From Paraphysomonas bandaiensis (lineage: Eukaryota > Protista > Chrysophyceae): a stretch of 64,000 nt of DNA. The notes beneath the pieces are model-generated. The model made no database searches. It saw only the letters and a program-made list of their open reading frames with translations, and was not told the DNA's origin. This document shows positions 23,501 through 36,598 of the stretch, in pieces. A program made the position numbers and the translations under genes. The DNA lies in assembly GCA_965644295.1 (NCBI GenBank), contig CBFFRP010000124.1, positions 1 through 64,000 of the forward strand, written 5' to 3'. Position 1 is the stretch's first letter; the number at the start of each line of letters is the position of its first letter.

Positions 23501-26500
23501 TGTGTTAAAAGGGCTGTGAGCAAATCTAGTGATGAGGAGGATACAAATGAACATTCTGTGAGTGTGTCAGCTGATGACGAGAGTTCTAGAGGTCATGAGT
23601 ACGAATCTGATGGTGAAAGTGAAGCTGGTGACAACTGCGAGAGTGTATGCAGCAACGATGGGGGGCGTAGTGTGGAGTATCATGAGAGTGTATATCGTGA
23701 TGAATATAATTCTGGAGACCATCACGATAAGAGTAGTGATGCTAATTATGTCGCGAGTGTACGCAGTAATGAAGATGAAACGGATTGTAACTTATGTCGA
23801 TCGAATTCCTTGACTGAATCTTGTGGTGAGAAGTCTGTTGCACAAGACGCAGACAGGACTTTGTCATCGGCATTACGACTTGTGACCACTGCCCAAGAGA
23901 TGACCCGTGATTTTAGTACTCGGCTTGGGTCTGTTGCTCCCACTTGTGATGTCGATGCAGCTGTGGACCTATCTTCTACCTCGAGGGATCAGCTTAGAAG
24001 AAAGCTTGTTCAACTGAGAGATTCAGTAAAGCAAATGAAACAGGACCAGAACGATTTGAAGGAGTGTTTGAATGAGATAACTGACATGTCGTCAACTATT
24101 TTACAATTCAAACGGCTCTTGCATACTCAAGCACTCCATGTAAATAAAACATCCCGAGATGTCGATGAAGTTGAAGGTGATGGGAGTTGCTGTAATGTGC
24201 CCCCTCCTCCAGGTATTGTAAGCATCGTATCTCCTCATCAAGAAAAGCCTGCTTCAATAACGCCACTCTCTTCCGGAATGTCGAACAAAGAATCGGATGA
24301 ATCAATGCCCCCATTACCTGATGACATGGTGATGGTAGCGTCACCCCCAAGCAGACCGTACAAAGGCAAGGTTAGACATAGGCGACACTCTAAACGAAGC
24401 ACGTCATTGCGTACAGAGTCTGGTGATGACTTGTATCGTGGGAGGTCGAATAATGATATCAGTACGAAGAGTGGGAGCGTACCCAATCGCAACCTGTCAC
24501 AAGCGTGTGTCAATAGTGATCAGCTGGCACCTACTACTGTTGCAGAAGGGCTTCCGCCACCAGAATATTCAGATATTTTCAATGGAGTCGGAAGTGACAT
24601 CAATGGAAGGAATGGCGAAGTAGATGTTCCCGACATCAATACAAAAAAACTTTCGGAAAAGGACATTGAGGGAGACGATAAAGGTGTTTGCGAATCAGGG
24701 TCATTTTGCTCTGACGTATTTGATAAGTCTGTGATAGATGCCGGGGACAATGGTCTCATGGAAGATAAAGATATAGAGGCCACACTACACGCCAGTAATG
24801 GAAACAGCAACGCTACCATTGTACAAATGCAGTCATTCGACACTTGTACAGAGATTCATCCGTCCTCCTCCTCCCCGTTGTCCCCTTCACAAAAGTTCCA
24901 ATCTGTAGATGATTCTAGTATAAATGAAATAAATACCGAAAACTTAGAGGAGTTGCTGTATCCGAGTAACGCATATGACAGCTCACACAGACCGGATATA
25001 TTAATCGAGAAGCCGTTTACTGAAACATGTTGGTCTCATGTCAATGATACTGGTCCGGGTTCACCTGCTCAGACACCGGTTGATCATACAAAAGGTGTCA
25101 CGAAGTGTGCTAATATTATTGTTGAAGCCGTGCCTCGTGATACCAGCGACCAGAGCACGCTATCCCCTAGGTCTTCTGGCAGAAGAGGAAAACTAAAACC
25201 GAGGTTTCCTTTTGTTGCGCGCTCTAGTGTATTGAATCCTTTCCAGTCACCCATCTCTGAATTTTTTGAACCTTATCTCCATGTGTTCGAGTTTTTGGAG
25301 TCAGGTCATCGCCCTGAAACTCCTGGGCCAAGTACTGACTCTGCAACTTGGAGGCTATACGATGAAAAATGTTTGTTGTGGACACTATTTCAATGCTATT
25401 CCAAACCGGACGGGGTTATAGCTACTCACATCAGGTATAATGACTTAAAAAGCACTTTTTGGTATTTATTTTTTTCTTTCATAAACTCAGAATGACACAT
25501 CTCTTAAAAATGTTGCGGGATGCTGGATTGGTTAAAGCAACGAAGGTATCAAATGTGCGACCCGCTTCTAAACCCCCGCAAGCAGGGTATTCACAAACTG
25601 GAGACTCCATATCTGCTACAAAGAAACCCTGCAGTGTGGTCCGCATATCTGCGCGGCGGCTTGAACTAGAGATTGAAAAGCTGCTGGCCGTTACGCATAC
25701 AAAGTCTTCCCAGACAGTGACTGCTAGCACAGCTTCGCTTCTATCATTCTGTAAATTCACGGAAGTAGTGTATGCTATTATTCCTCTGTGCTCTTGTCGA
25801 GTCAGGGATCAAGCAGATAGGGACGCAGATATTCGAGATGACATCGTCAGTCGAGATGCAGTTATGTATAGGCTGTACGACCTTTTGACTGTAGAGAGTA
25901 ATCTTCCTTTCTCACCTGTATTATCCGATTTCGATTTCGTTGATGGACTACCATCTCCTTTTCATGATAGGGGTATTCTGGATTTACTTTACTCTTCCAA
26001 GCGCTTATCAAGTAGTTCTAATAATATCCATGCATCGAAACCTCTGAGTGGTGGTCTCGGAATACTTGAACGAAATATTGAACAGGTAGGTCCGTGCTTT
26101 TTGTTTTCAGCCTGCTGTTACACTTTTGCAGTTCAAACAGTTGTTCTCGTATTACTCACAGTCTGTGCACCGTACCCCGTCTACAGCATCGGTGGGTGCT
26201 TCAATCACCGCTGCCCCGGCCACTTCAAGAACGAAGAAACATAATAGGTGACCATCATACGACTTTATATATCTTGCTGACTGAAGTACCAGGTCCATGG
26301 TAGATTTGGACAGCTGTAGAGAAATGCTACAGGATTTTGATATTTACCCTGGACTACTTGATAACAAGGTAAGAAGATTGCTTGTACCTTACACTGGCTC
26401 GTGCGTGAAAAGTATACAGACTGTACTGGCTGTATTCCGACATACAAAGTGCTGGGAGTGGCGGAGTATGAGGACTGAAGCCGCACAGTATACGGTACGC

Positions 26501-26908
26501 AATTTCTATTGACGTAATTATGAGGTACTTTATAATTTCAACTAGGATGCCGAATCGACATCCAATGATCTGGACAGTGTGGTTTCTCGACAGCATAGCT
26601 CTCAAGACTGTATAAACTCTACTTATTCAATGGATCTGACTCTTCGGGGCTTTATTGAGCTTATGGTTCGCGTAGCGATCATGATATACGGTAATAGCAA
26701 TAACCTTACCCACAAAGCTGCATCTTCTTCTCAACAACTTAGAAATAAATCTCATAAGCCAACATTATTGCCGCCATATATCAGTGAAGATCTACTGAGC
26801 ACTGCAATGTCTTTTATGCTACGTTTGATGGACCAATCATCTGGAAAGAAAAAGATTATGAGCTCTAATCGGCGAAGCGTTTCAATACGAAAGTTTGTCT
26901 ACAGATAA
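20573..26908 (+). CDS. Large multi-exon hypothetical protein: disordered acidic repeats, coiled coil, helical C-terminal domain; start uncertain
   Basis: 1640-aa ORF continued by spliced ORFs 25459, 26297 and 26579. Confidence 0.75.
22826..23660 (+). repeat. In-frame coding tandem repeat, ~3 units of 264-297 bp
   Basis: GATGGTACAGAATCTGACAACAGTCAATTTCATG at 22841, 23105 and 23402. Confidence 0.9.
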
Positions 26909-27499
26909 CTGTCGCGGATTTAAATACGAATAGTTCTTACTGTGAAATTTCCAATTATACTCATGTAGTAATACTTGTTGTTTGAAATTTAGTCAGTCTA
27001 ATTAAGGAAACCACTTCACACTTCACACTATTACGGTTTAGTGGTAAATGTTCTTGGGGATTTTCGCAATAGCAAGATTTAGGATCCAATTGAGAAATAC
27101 TGTGAATCAAGAACATTATTTAGAAGTAAGGAGTTAGAGAGTTTGCTATGGTTATTGGCTCGGCATATCAAGATTCAACCAAGTAATCCATTTGAAGTAG
27201 GTTATATGAACTCAGTAACACGTAGCATCATATTACTCGGTTTTTTGCCTTTAATTGCTCTGTAATCTGTTAACAATGGAGCGAAAATTCTTATAGTTAA
27301 CAAACATAAATAAAACTTTGATTACTAGAAATAGTAACTGAAGTGCCATGTGTCTGTACAAAACAATTCAGTGAAATACATGATGAACGCAGTGGTGCAT
27401 ATGTGTACATTTCTACCCGGCCAGTACTTTGCTAAGCAATTATGTCAGTACTAACTTATTTACATGATATTGGTTAAGTACAACGTTAAGGCATTTCAG

Positions 27500-28146
27500 C
27501 TAGTTACTTTTCTTAGCAGTTGCAGTTGACGATATTGCACTCTGTTTTTTCTTTTGTAGTTCCAATTTCTTGGCAGACACGAGGGCCGAAGCAGTAAGAG
27601 CAAGCAAGTTTACCTGAGATGAAAAAATAAATTGGAGTATCAAACATGATATAATATATACCAATTGCAAAAGAACTATAGTTAAGAGTGGGCCCGCGAA
27701 CATGATTCCGGCGAACACACCATGAGAGTCGAAGTAATTTTGGCGCGAAAATTGTCTCCAATTTCCGGCACAATAGCTATTCAAATACTCTGAAGTACTA
27801 ACTAGAACTGTAATAAACAGAAACAAAGCCATCTGCACATTTATATTCCGTCTTGTTAGTACAGCAACAGTGAAAACTAAGAGGTGGAAGCCCAGCAGAC
27901 ACCGAATCCACGGCTCCGTCCAGTCCACAGCAGAGGAAAAGGCTAAAACACAAATAAAATCAATGTATATCTCAGTGTGGTTGCAGGTCGACCTTGCCAG
28001 TGCTCATATGCATCTTTAGGGGCTGTAGCGGACTCCCGAATGAGCCTGTAGGCGTGACTCTCAGCCTCTGACAACAACTCCGCGAAAGAATTGCTATAAG
28101 CCTCAATATTCGGAATTTCCTCCGTGTCAGATAAATCACTTGCCAT
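27500..28146 (-). CDS. TMEM18: Transmembrane protein 18, multi-exon
   Basis: VDWTEPWI, EYLN, NWRQFSRQNYFDSHGVF motifs; basic C-terminus. Confidence 0.9.
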
Positions 28147-28221
28147 GGTCCAGAGACACAACACAATAATCTTCAACTATCAACACAGAAACACAATTCT
28201 TACAGTGATAATATAAGCACA

Positions 28222-28900
28222 CATACAGACATACATACATACATACATACATACATACATACATACAGACATACATACATACATACATACATACATACAT
28301 ACAGACATACATACATACATACATACATACATACATACATACATACATACAGACATACATACATACATACATACATACATACAGACATACATACATACAT
28401 ACATACATACATACATACATACATACATACATACATACATACATACATACATACATACATACATACATACATACATACATACATACATACATACATACAT
28501 ACATACATACATACATACATACATACATACATACATACATACATACATACATACATACATACATACATACATACATACATACATACATACATACATACAT
28601 ACATACATACATACAGACATACATACATACATACAGACATACATACATACATACATACAGACATACATACATACATACATACATACATAAATACATACAT
28701 ACATACATACATACATACATACATACATACAGAAATAAATACATACATACATACATACATACATACATACATACATACATACAAACATACATACATACAT
28801 ACATACATACATACATACATACATACATACGTACATACATACATACATACATACATACATACATACATACATACATACATACATACATACATACGTACAT
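28222..28900. repeat. (TACA)n microsatellite, ~680 bp
   Basis: Direct observation; sparse GACA/TAAA variants. Confidence 0.98.
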
Positions 28901-29383
28901 ATAGCAGAGTGTACAATTTTAGTACAAGACTTCAGATGAGGTTATCATAGAGGACTACAGATAACCAACTCCGAATGCTCGACTCATAGTCATCGCGTGC
29001 TCCAAACCTGTTTGGTGTTGTCGCAGCTATCAGCAAAAGGCGTGTGAGGGCTGTGTCATGTAGCACGTATGGAGGTAAGAGTAGGTGGAATAATACTCGT
29101 GTTTGTCCCAGCTGTCACTTATATGATTGAAATAATTTGAAACGGATGCAAGTGAAACAATGTGCTCAACTTTCTCTTGTGATGCGAGTACTGATTACCG
29201 AAGCGAGGTAATCAAATCCATTCCTATAGTCCAAAATCCAAACACTTAAGCTGGTTGACGATTCACGGCACTCAAAAGTATAGCCGTTGAATGAATAATG
29301 AAGGAGACCTCCTTAAAGAAGAACTTTCATTATTGTATGAATACTAGACTTTTCTATAGACACGTCCTATCATAACTCTCCAA

Positions 29384-30550
29384 CGGGGCTAGGAAACAAA
29401 ATATTACAATACTATTGTTAGAGAGCGTTCCAACAATATTATGGATGGAGATTTTAAACAGGCCCAACAATACAATTACAATATATTGCAATATATTAGT
29501 ATGACTAATCGGTATGTAAACACATTCGTAGATTCCATTTTTAGTATTAGTCATTAAGATCACATGACAACCAAACCAACTACTGCTTATAGCTAATAAA
29601 AATCCACCTCGTCCTCATCCTCTGAGCCATCATCGGTGACATCAACATCATCTTATTCATTCCCAGAATTAATTGAAATATGCTAGTATCCGGCCACAAC
29701 TGTCTATTAGCTTTGATAAACAACAGCATATTAAGTAGGATGGATACTTTCGAGCAACACTGATATAATATGTTTAGCTGCGCTGAACAGACGTTCCCAT
29801 GTATTGGAAGTATATACTACATGACTCGTGGACCTGCATGTTTCTTAATTTTTTGAGCTGACTGAAGATTTTTATTCGCATAGCCAAAATCAGCTTCATC
29901 ATCCTCTGTATTGTTGTAATAACTGTATGGACGGAGATATATTCTAACAGCATCTTTCTCAGATCTTGTCAAATAATCAAATTCTTTGCCTGCTTGGATT
30001 TTTGCAATTCCATATTCCCTAAATTCCGATCATTAAAAATGGAGCTGTTTTACCTTAAAGCAGATAGGGGATACCCTGCCCCGAGATCCATCAATAAGGC
30101 ATCAAAAAATGTTCCGGCATTCATACAGATTCACTTGACTTGAACCTCCTGTTTGAAGCAGCTTGGAAACTCTTTCAAACTTTCTCAGGTCTTGTTTGTT
30201 TTGCCTTCAACTAGACTCCAAAAACAGTGGTAATTATCTCTACTCTTGTATGCATTGCGCATTCGTCTCATTTATCAGTATGAGTATATATGTTATATTA
30301 AGAGACTGTACATACATGTGTAGAGTACTGTTTGAGCTGGCGATACAAAAAAATATCTTATTTTCCCGGTTATTTATATCCATTTTGCACACTACAGTTG
30401 AGAATCTTCACTTATATGACTATCATAATATTGATTGCAATATATTGTGAGATACTTTAACAGAAACAATATTGATGGGATTTTTGGCCGGTCGACCAAT
30501 CAATATATTTTACAATATATTGCAATTCAATATATTGTTTCCTAGCTCTG
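29384..30550 (-). mobile_element. Non-autonomous hAT element with decayed transposase C-terminus (family M2)
   Basis: TIRs C(G/A)G(G/A)GCTAGGAAACAA; 8-bp TSD CTCTCCAA; minus strand reads TSNTWERLFSAAK and MLLFIKANRQLW at ~29690-29815. Confidence 0.88.
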
Positions 30551-30764
30551 CTCTCCAAGAGCTAGATAAGCTTACGTATCCACACTTGAATCTTGTAAAA
30601 CGTGAAGTCTAGCAGACTAGATACGTCATAATTTCGTATATATAATAGTTAACAATGCTCGGTTAATAGTAATTGATTAAGTTTCCTCACGGAGTCAGTC
30701 ATCAGCAACAGCGTGAAGTATGGGACTAAAACATTCTATAATATGTTACACTATACGACAGCGG

Positions 30765-33553
30765 CTAACCAGATATATTCTGTGAATGCGTTGCCTGCCA
30801 CACGGACTTCCTATTAGTCTGAATTCTAATGACACAGTTCGTTTGATCGATGACAGTATCTCTTGCTAGTAGTTTTTTCTTCGAATTCCTATCAATTCCT
30901 CTGCCTTCAGCTCTTACAAAATCTCCATGCATTGTACAATGTGACAAAGCCCCTCGTTTCAATGCATCGAACACATCTTCCACAGTACTACCTTGCTTAA
31001 GTTGCAGACAGTCGCGAAGTTGACAAGCGGGGATTTTAGCGCTGCTAGTCCATGCCACAGGTAGTTCGGTATCCAAATCACTCACAGGAAAGCACAATAC
31101 TGGTGGCTTCAAGCTAACTGCAGTAGAAATCGCCTCCATGACCCCACTACCTCCCCATGTACTCATGCAAGTACGAAGACGTTCTTCTTCTTCAACCCAT
31201 TTCTTCGAATTTACAGGCGGAAGATTTCTACCAGAAATTTTTTCAAGAGCCCAGCATTCAGACTGAGCGGACACGGGCACCGCTGCCTCGCCCCTCTCTG
31301 CGGATAGTTTCTGGCAAGCCTCCACAACGCATCTTCCTTTTTCAGGCGACAGAGAATCAACCTTATTCAATGCCAGGCATATTGGGAACCGAATGCATAT
31401 ATAATGCGCGACCAGCCTGTGAATATCTCTATCTGGCCAATTAATGGCATGGTCTAAGCTGAGTCCCGCGCGCTGGGCTGCCAACTCAACCGTCCATAAT
31501 GGCCCTTTATAACCTGAAAACAAAGCTAATACTCGCTTGCTACATTTGCTGTCCCCTCGACGGCCCACAGACTCCCACTTGGCCTTGATATTGTTATATA
31601 TCCATCGATGTAATTCGAAGCGAATCCACTCCGCATCAGCTAGTGGAGAGGAAGTATGAAAGGACAACATTGAAGTATCTAGAGTAGCTGTATCCACGTC
31701 TGAAGTCGAGTAATCGCCATCTTGTTCAATAATATTACCATCTTTGTCAGAGCGACCCGTAATGTCCAACACATGTACCAGTACATCTGCATCACATAAA
31801 TCAGACAGGAATCTATTACCCTTGCCCCTTCCTTTATACGCCCCAGGTACTAAACCGGCCACGTCTTTAACCACTATGGGAAGAAGTCGGCGTCCTGCCA
31901 TCCGTCCCTCTGTGCATCTTCCATGAAAAGGTTCTCGGTGACCAGGCAAAATATCTCCTATGTTGTCGTCACCATCTTCCATGTGAGATGCATACCAGCC
32001 CGGACCAATATTGGGTTCAATTGTTGTGAAAGGATGTGCCGCAACCTCAGCCATATGCCGATGACCACGTGAATCAAGGGATGCCCGGATAACTGCATTA
32101 TAGAAAGTACTCTTACCAGCTGAGGGTTTACCTACCAACCACAAATACATCGTCTTATTAGAATGTACGTACTACGCTTACAGAGAGTACCTATCAATCC
32201 AACGGTGTAATTCCACAACCCGCGGGCAGAGGCAGATGCATTCAGACCTTCTGATTCCATCCACTTCTCTGTATAATTACTGGCATTAACACGATTTTGA
32301 GCAGCTATTCTCCCAGCTTCAGAAGATGCATTTCGAATCCATTCGTCCTCCTGTTCATCACTTACTTCACCCTGTACGCTGCACTCCGGCATATTACCCA
32401 CATCAGGAGAACTCTCTTCAGTTGATGGAGTAGATAGGGCAGATGTATGCTGCCACATACCTTCACTAAGCCATTCGTTACCGGCTTGAACACATTGCAA
32501 AACACATGTTTCTCCATTACTACAAATCTCAGCAGCAACCCGCACAATGGAAGAATGCAACGAGCGCCTCATGGCTACTGTAAATTCCAACATAGAGAGG
32601 CTGCCTGTGTATATTTCGATATGCGGTGGGTGGTTAGGTTCAATAGGATAATTTTCTGCAAGAGTTATACTAACGCCTAGATTACCAGCCCAACCCTTTG
32701 GAGGAGGTGCAGAAGAATATCCAGGAGATAACAATACCCTACATGAAGCAGTGGGGTCACCTTTACTTGCAGGGGAAGTGTGGACCTCAAACTCTTCAGG
32801 TGAATATATACTACCAAGGACATCCATTTCCTCCGCTTGTAGATTCGCACATTCGTCAGAAACTACACCTTTTCGTTTTACATCAGGTACTTCAGATAGG
32901 GGTGGAGTTACATGTGTGGTAACAGGTGTGTCAGAGGCCATGCTAGAAATTTCATGCTGCATTTTTTCTAGGAAGGCGACGTATGAATTTAACATCACGG
33001 CACGTGTTGGTATGCAGTGCCCTTGTTCATGTTCAATTACTTCAGGACTGACAAACCTAGAAGCAAGTAGCGCAGAATTAGCTACTGGAATAACATTATC
33101 CTTTTGGCCCATCAGATGTAAACTCCGCACATTAGTTGGTACTTTACTGTTTCCAGAAGCATCAAGCAAATACGCAGGCGCATCTGGAGCACCACCAATA
33201 ATAACAAACTTGATTCCGGGAAATCGCTCGGGCATCGTGCAGAGCATAGCCGTCATTGTTCCGCCCATAGAAAACCCAAATATGCCCTCAAAAGGCCCCT
33301 CAGAGCGCCAAACGCCCTCTAAGTACTGTAACGATTGCTGCAGTGATTCCTCAACAATCTGATTTCCATCACGATAAAACCAAGTCCGCAAAGGCACTTC
33401 GTCGCCTGTCTTTAATTCGAGAAGATGAGGTGCATCCACTATAGTGAATTTAGCAACAGCTCGAGCCTTATGGGGCAACCGGCCAAGTCGAGTGCGCAGT
33501 ACTTCTGCCGATTGTTGTTTCCCATGCAGTGCCAGTATCTTCAGAGTCGACAT
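30765..33553 (-). CDS. Fusion protein: FSH1/OVCA2 serine hydrolase + RWD domain + Obg-family (Ygr210-like) GTPase; intron 32132-32190
   Basis: LALHG, GFSMG, GQKD, GH triad motifs; EEMDVLGSIY and YP...PP RWD motifs; GKPSAGKS, PFTTIEPN, DVAG, NKVD; GT-AG intron joins VGLI-GKPSAGKS in frame. Confidence 0.85.
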
Positions 33554-34141
33554 TGGGGAGTGATCTTGCTATATGACTGCGACTGCCCGACCTATCTGAC
33601 AGCGCGCCGTCCACTGCACCCGTACAGACTTCACAGTCATTTCTTGTATTTCGCTTGTACACTTCCTCACGGACACCGCACGGTACAGCAGTACAGTACA
33701 TACAATATACCGTATACAAGTCCACCAGGGGCGTCGCTCCGTGGTTTGCAAAAAAACTCCAGTTTTTTTCCACCGCCCTGCTAAAAAGTTGAGAAAAACT
33801 TTGTGTCCGGACTTTTGAATGCAAATCCACAATTTTTTATTCAAACCACGGATGCGCCTACCCAGATACAGGATAGTGGTAGAGTACACAGAATACAGTT
33901 CTGTAGCAACATTTCAAAGGTGTGCTGCTGGTGCTGGACGGCATGTTTTCACAGATATCAACAAAATTTCGTCTTTTCGGAGTTTAAGAACTCCAATTAG
34001 AGTGAGGATGGTTTCTGCTCCTGTAATTGCAGTCATGAGCAGGCAGCAGCAGTCGTCCACTCCGTTATACACTCCTCATATCACCATTTAAACTAGTTCG
34101 TAGTACATATACCACTGCCCCTATCAGTTGTCTGTATAATA

Positions 34142-35211
34142 ATGTTTTCTCTTCGGGTTTTTGTGGCCGGCGTGTGTATGCTGTGCGGCGCCTTGGCTCA
34201 AACCTCAACTGTGTGTCCTGATTATGACAGTTCCAAAATTAAGTTGGTCACGTTCGACTGCTTCGCCGCTCTTATGCAGTGGGAGAGTAAGTATTCGCTC
34301 TTATGTCTCGGTAACAGTGTAACAGCATCAATACTGCAGACTCGATGTATGAATCTGTTGCAGAGGTGATGATGCCGCAATTAACACAGGATCAAGTCTA
34401 TACTTTAGTTCAGAAGTGGGAATCTGCCTACGGTAGCTACATGCAAAATGGTGGAACTGTCTTCGAAGAGGGTGTTACAGGGGCATTTCCATTTAGTTGG
34501 ATGGCTGCCACCTCACTGAAAGGTATTCCTCTTCTTACACTGTTGTTATTGTTTGAAAATATGGTTGTATAGACATTGGCAAAAGCATGGACATCACATT
34601 CACTCGCGATGAGTTTCACGAGCTGATGCTGTGTTGGGGGCGCCTACTTCCTTGGAATAATACTCAGGAGACCCTGGAGACACTTGTTGCAAACAACTTC
34701 ACTATTGCGATACTCTCCAACGGAGATACGCAAACACTGTCCAATGCAGCAACTGTTTTTAAACCTCCTGTAGAATTTTCGTACATATTCAGTTCGGATT
34801 TTCCTGTCGGTGCTTTCAAACCACAGAGTGCCATCTACTATCAGGTATTATCTTGACAATGTGGCGCGTCAGTACTCCCCGTTTCGACTGCACTTTTCTT
34901 GAATTGATATTTGTTCACCGTACAGTAACTAATCTATGTTGATATTTGAAGGTATTGGATCGTACTCAATTTAAGGTTGAGGAAGTTCTCCATGTCGCTG
35001 GTGGCGCCTCAGATGGAGGGGGTGCTAGGGATGCAGGTGAGGAATTGTCGTTTGAAATCTTACCATTTTCTCGAGGTAAGAGTGTAATATAGGTCTTTTT
35101 TCGGCTGTACTACACTCTACTTCGTTTGCTGAGCCACAGACTCTTCAAAGCACTCAACCTTGCTTCGACCTACCTGACATAACGTACGTCCCAGGAATTC
35201 TTGGTCTATAA
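34142..35211 (+). CDS. HAD-superfamily hydrolase (haloacid dehalogenase-like) with signal peptide, multi-exon
   Basis: LVTFDCF, ILSNG, FKP..IY and LHVAG...D..GA motifs. Confidence 0.82.
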
Positions 35212-35586
35212 GAATCGTTGGAGAAATATATATTCTGGTGGTATCTAGAATGTGTTATTGATGCCAGTAGTTTTGAACGTAGTGGCATTTGAATGCAGCC
35301 AACTACGTTGCTGCATTATTACAGGTACTTACAAACGTAGTACCAGCGAGTTTTATAGTAAGAACCGTAATAAAGTATAAAGTGTGGAAAGTCGTGGTAG
35401 TGCTTCGTGGTTCATATGAGTATCGTTGTATGGGGATTGTAGTGCGTGTATATAGTTATATAAATACTCCCAAACACATCATAGCCACAATCACATGTAG
35501 GAAACAATATCTACGTACACCTGTTAGTAGATACAGAATACAAATTATCTCACATTTCTATAAACACTCCCCTTCACCATGTACAC

Positions 35587-35704
35587 CAGGGCCTGGTAAC
35601 CATTAATCGTAGCCCAGTTCATGGCAATTACAAATTACAATGCCACCCATGTAGTACGTCCCGGGAGTTATAATTTCATTATCATTAACGGTTACCAAGC
35701 CCTA
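35587..35704. mobile_element. hAT-type MITE (family M1)
   Basis: TIRs CAGGGCCTGGTAACC / GGTTACCAAGCCCTA; 8-bp TSD ATGTACAC. Confidence 0.9.
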
Positions 35705-35727
35705 ATGTACACATGTACACACTTCAT

Positions 35728-36139
35728 ACCCTCAACAAAGTCGGGCTCGCACCTTTTCGTGGTGTTTTGGGAGATAAGTACCGGAGATATCTCTCCGGGA
35801 AACTAACGTGAGCCGCATATATAGCCAGCAGATAATGTTCTGCCCACTCATAGCCTAATGCTTGTGTGGTACAAGGGACACTATTAGTGTCACTTGTGTA
35901 GACGTCTTTGGGCCTTGACGAATAAACAGGTATCCGAGAATGGGCCCACCTCAAGGGCATTCGGGGTATTGAGCTGTCTACTGAAGTCAAGCATCCGGGC
36001 TGTTAACCTTAAGGGCAGAGAGCGAAAGTACTTTCACCTCGGTGCTTGCGGCGACTCACAAGCAGCCTCCGTAGCGCTAAATAGTAAGACATCAGAGTTA
36101 AGCACTAGATAGTCAAATTGGTATTAACCAGACACTCAC
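35728..36139 (+). mobile_element. Full-length family B short retroposon
   Basis: 12-bp TSD TACA(C/T)ACTTCAT at 35716-35727 and 36140-36151; shared 3' core. Confidence 0.88.
35729..35814 (+). ncRNA. Putative HDV-like self-cleaving ribozyme (ingi/L1Tc Pr77-like)
   Basis: P2 GGCTCGC/GTGAGCC, P3 ACC/GGT, L3 TTTTCGT, AGTA..P4 hairpin..GAAA, J4/2 CTAAC; P1 imperfect. Confidence 0.6.
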
Positions 36140-36598
36140 TACATACTTCATTAAGTATTCTTTCTAAATCTAAATGGAACACACCAATCGATTTATGATA
36201 GCTTACAAACTACTGTGTTAAAAGTTGTGTCTATTTTAACCTAACATAATAAATGCTGCAGATACTGTAGTGTACTCTTATCACTGAAGGTATTGTTATG
36301 ATATGAAAACTGCTACAGTGTGCTAATCAACAGCTATACATATTATTTAAGAAGTTGGAATGATAATGATACGTAAACTGGCTTGGTATATGATAGTAGC
36401 GTGTCCGCAACACTGCTACGAAATCTAGGAGGACACAGGCTAGTGTAACAATTAATTTGTTTAAATATGATAATTACAATCATTATTGGTAAATATTGCC
36501 AAGTAACTGGCTGTCATAATAATTTAGCTACTGATCATAGGAGTACAAACTCATTATCTGTTAGTTGTTAACATGTAGAAAAGATTGGATGTAAGTGC

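Noticed and set aside
28136-28916. MYVC-repeat ORFs
   Set aside because: Translation of the (TACA)n microsatellite
35808-35822. Group II intron domain V (GAGCCG...)
   Set aside because: No matching GNRA hairpin or 3' strand; better explained as ribozyme P2'
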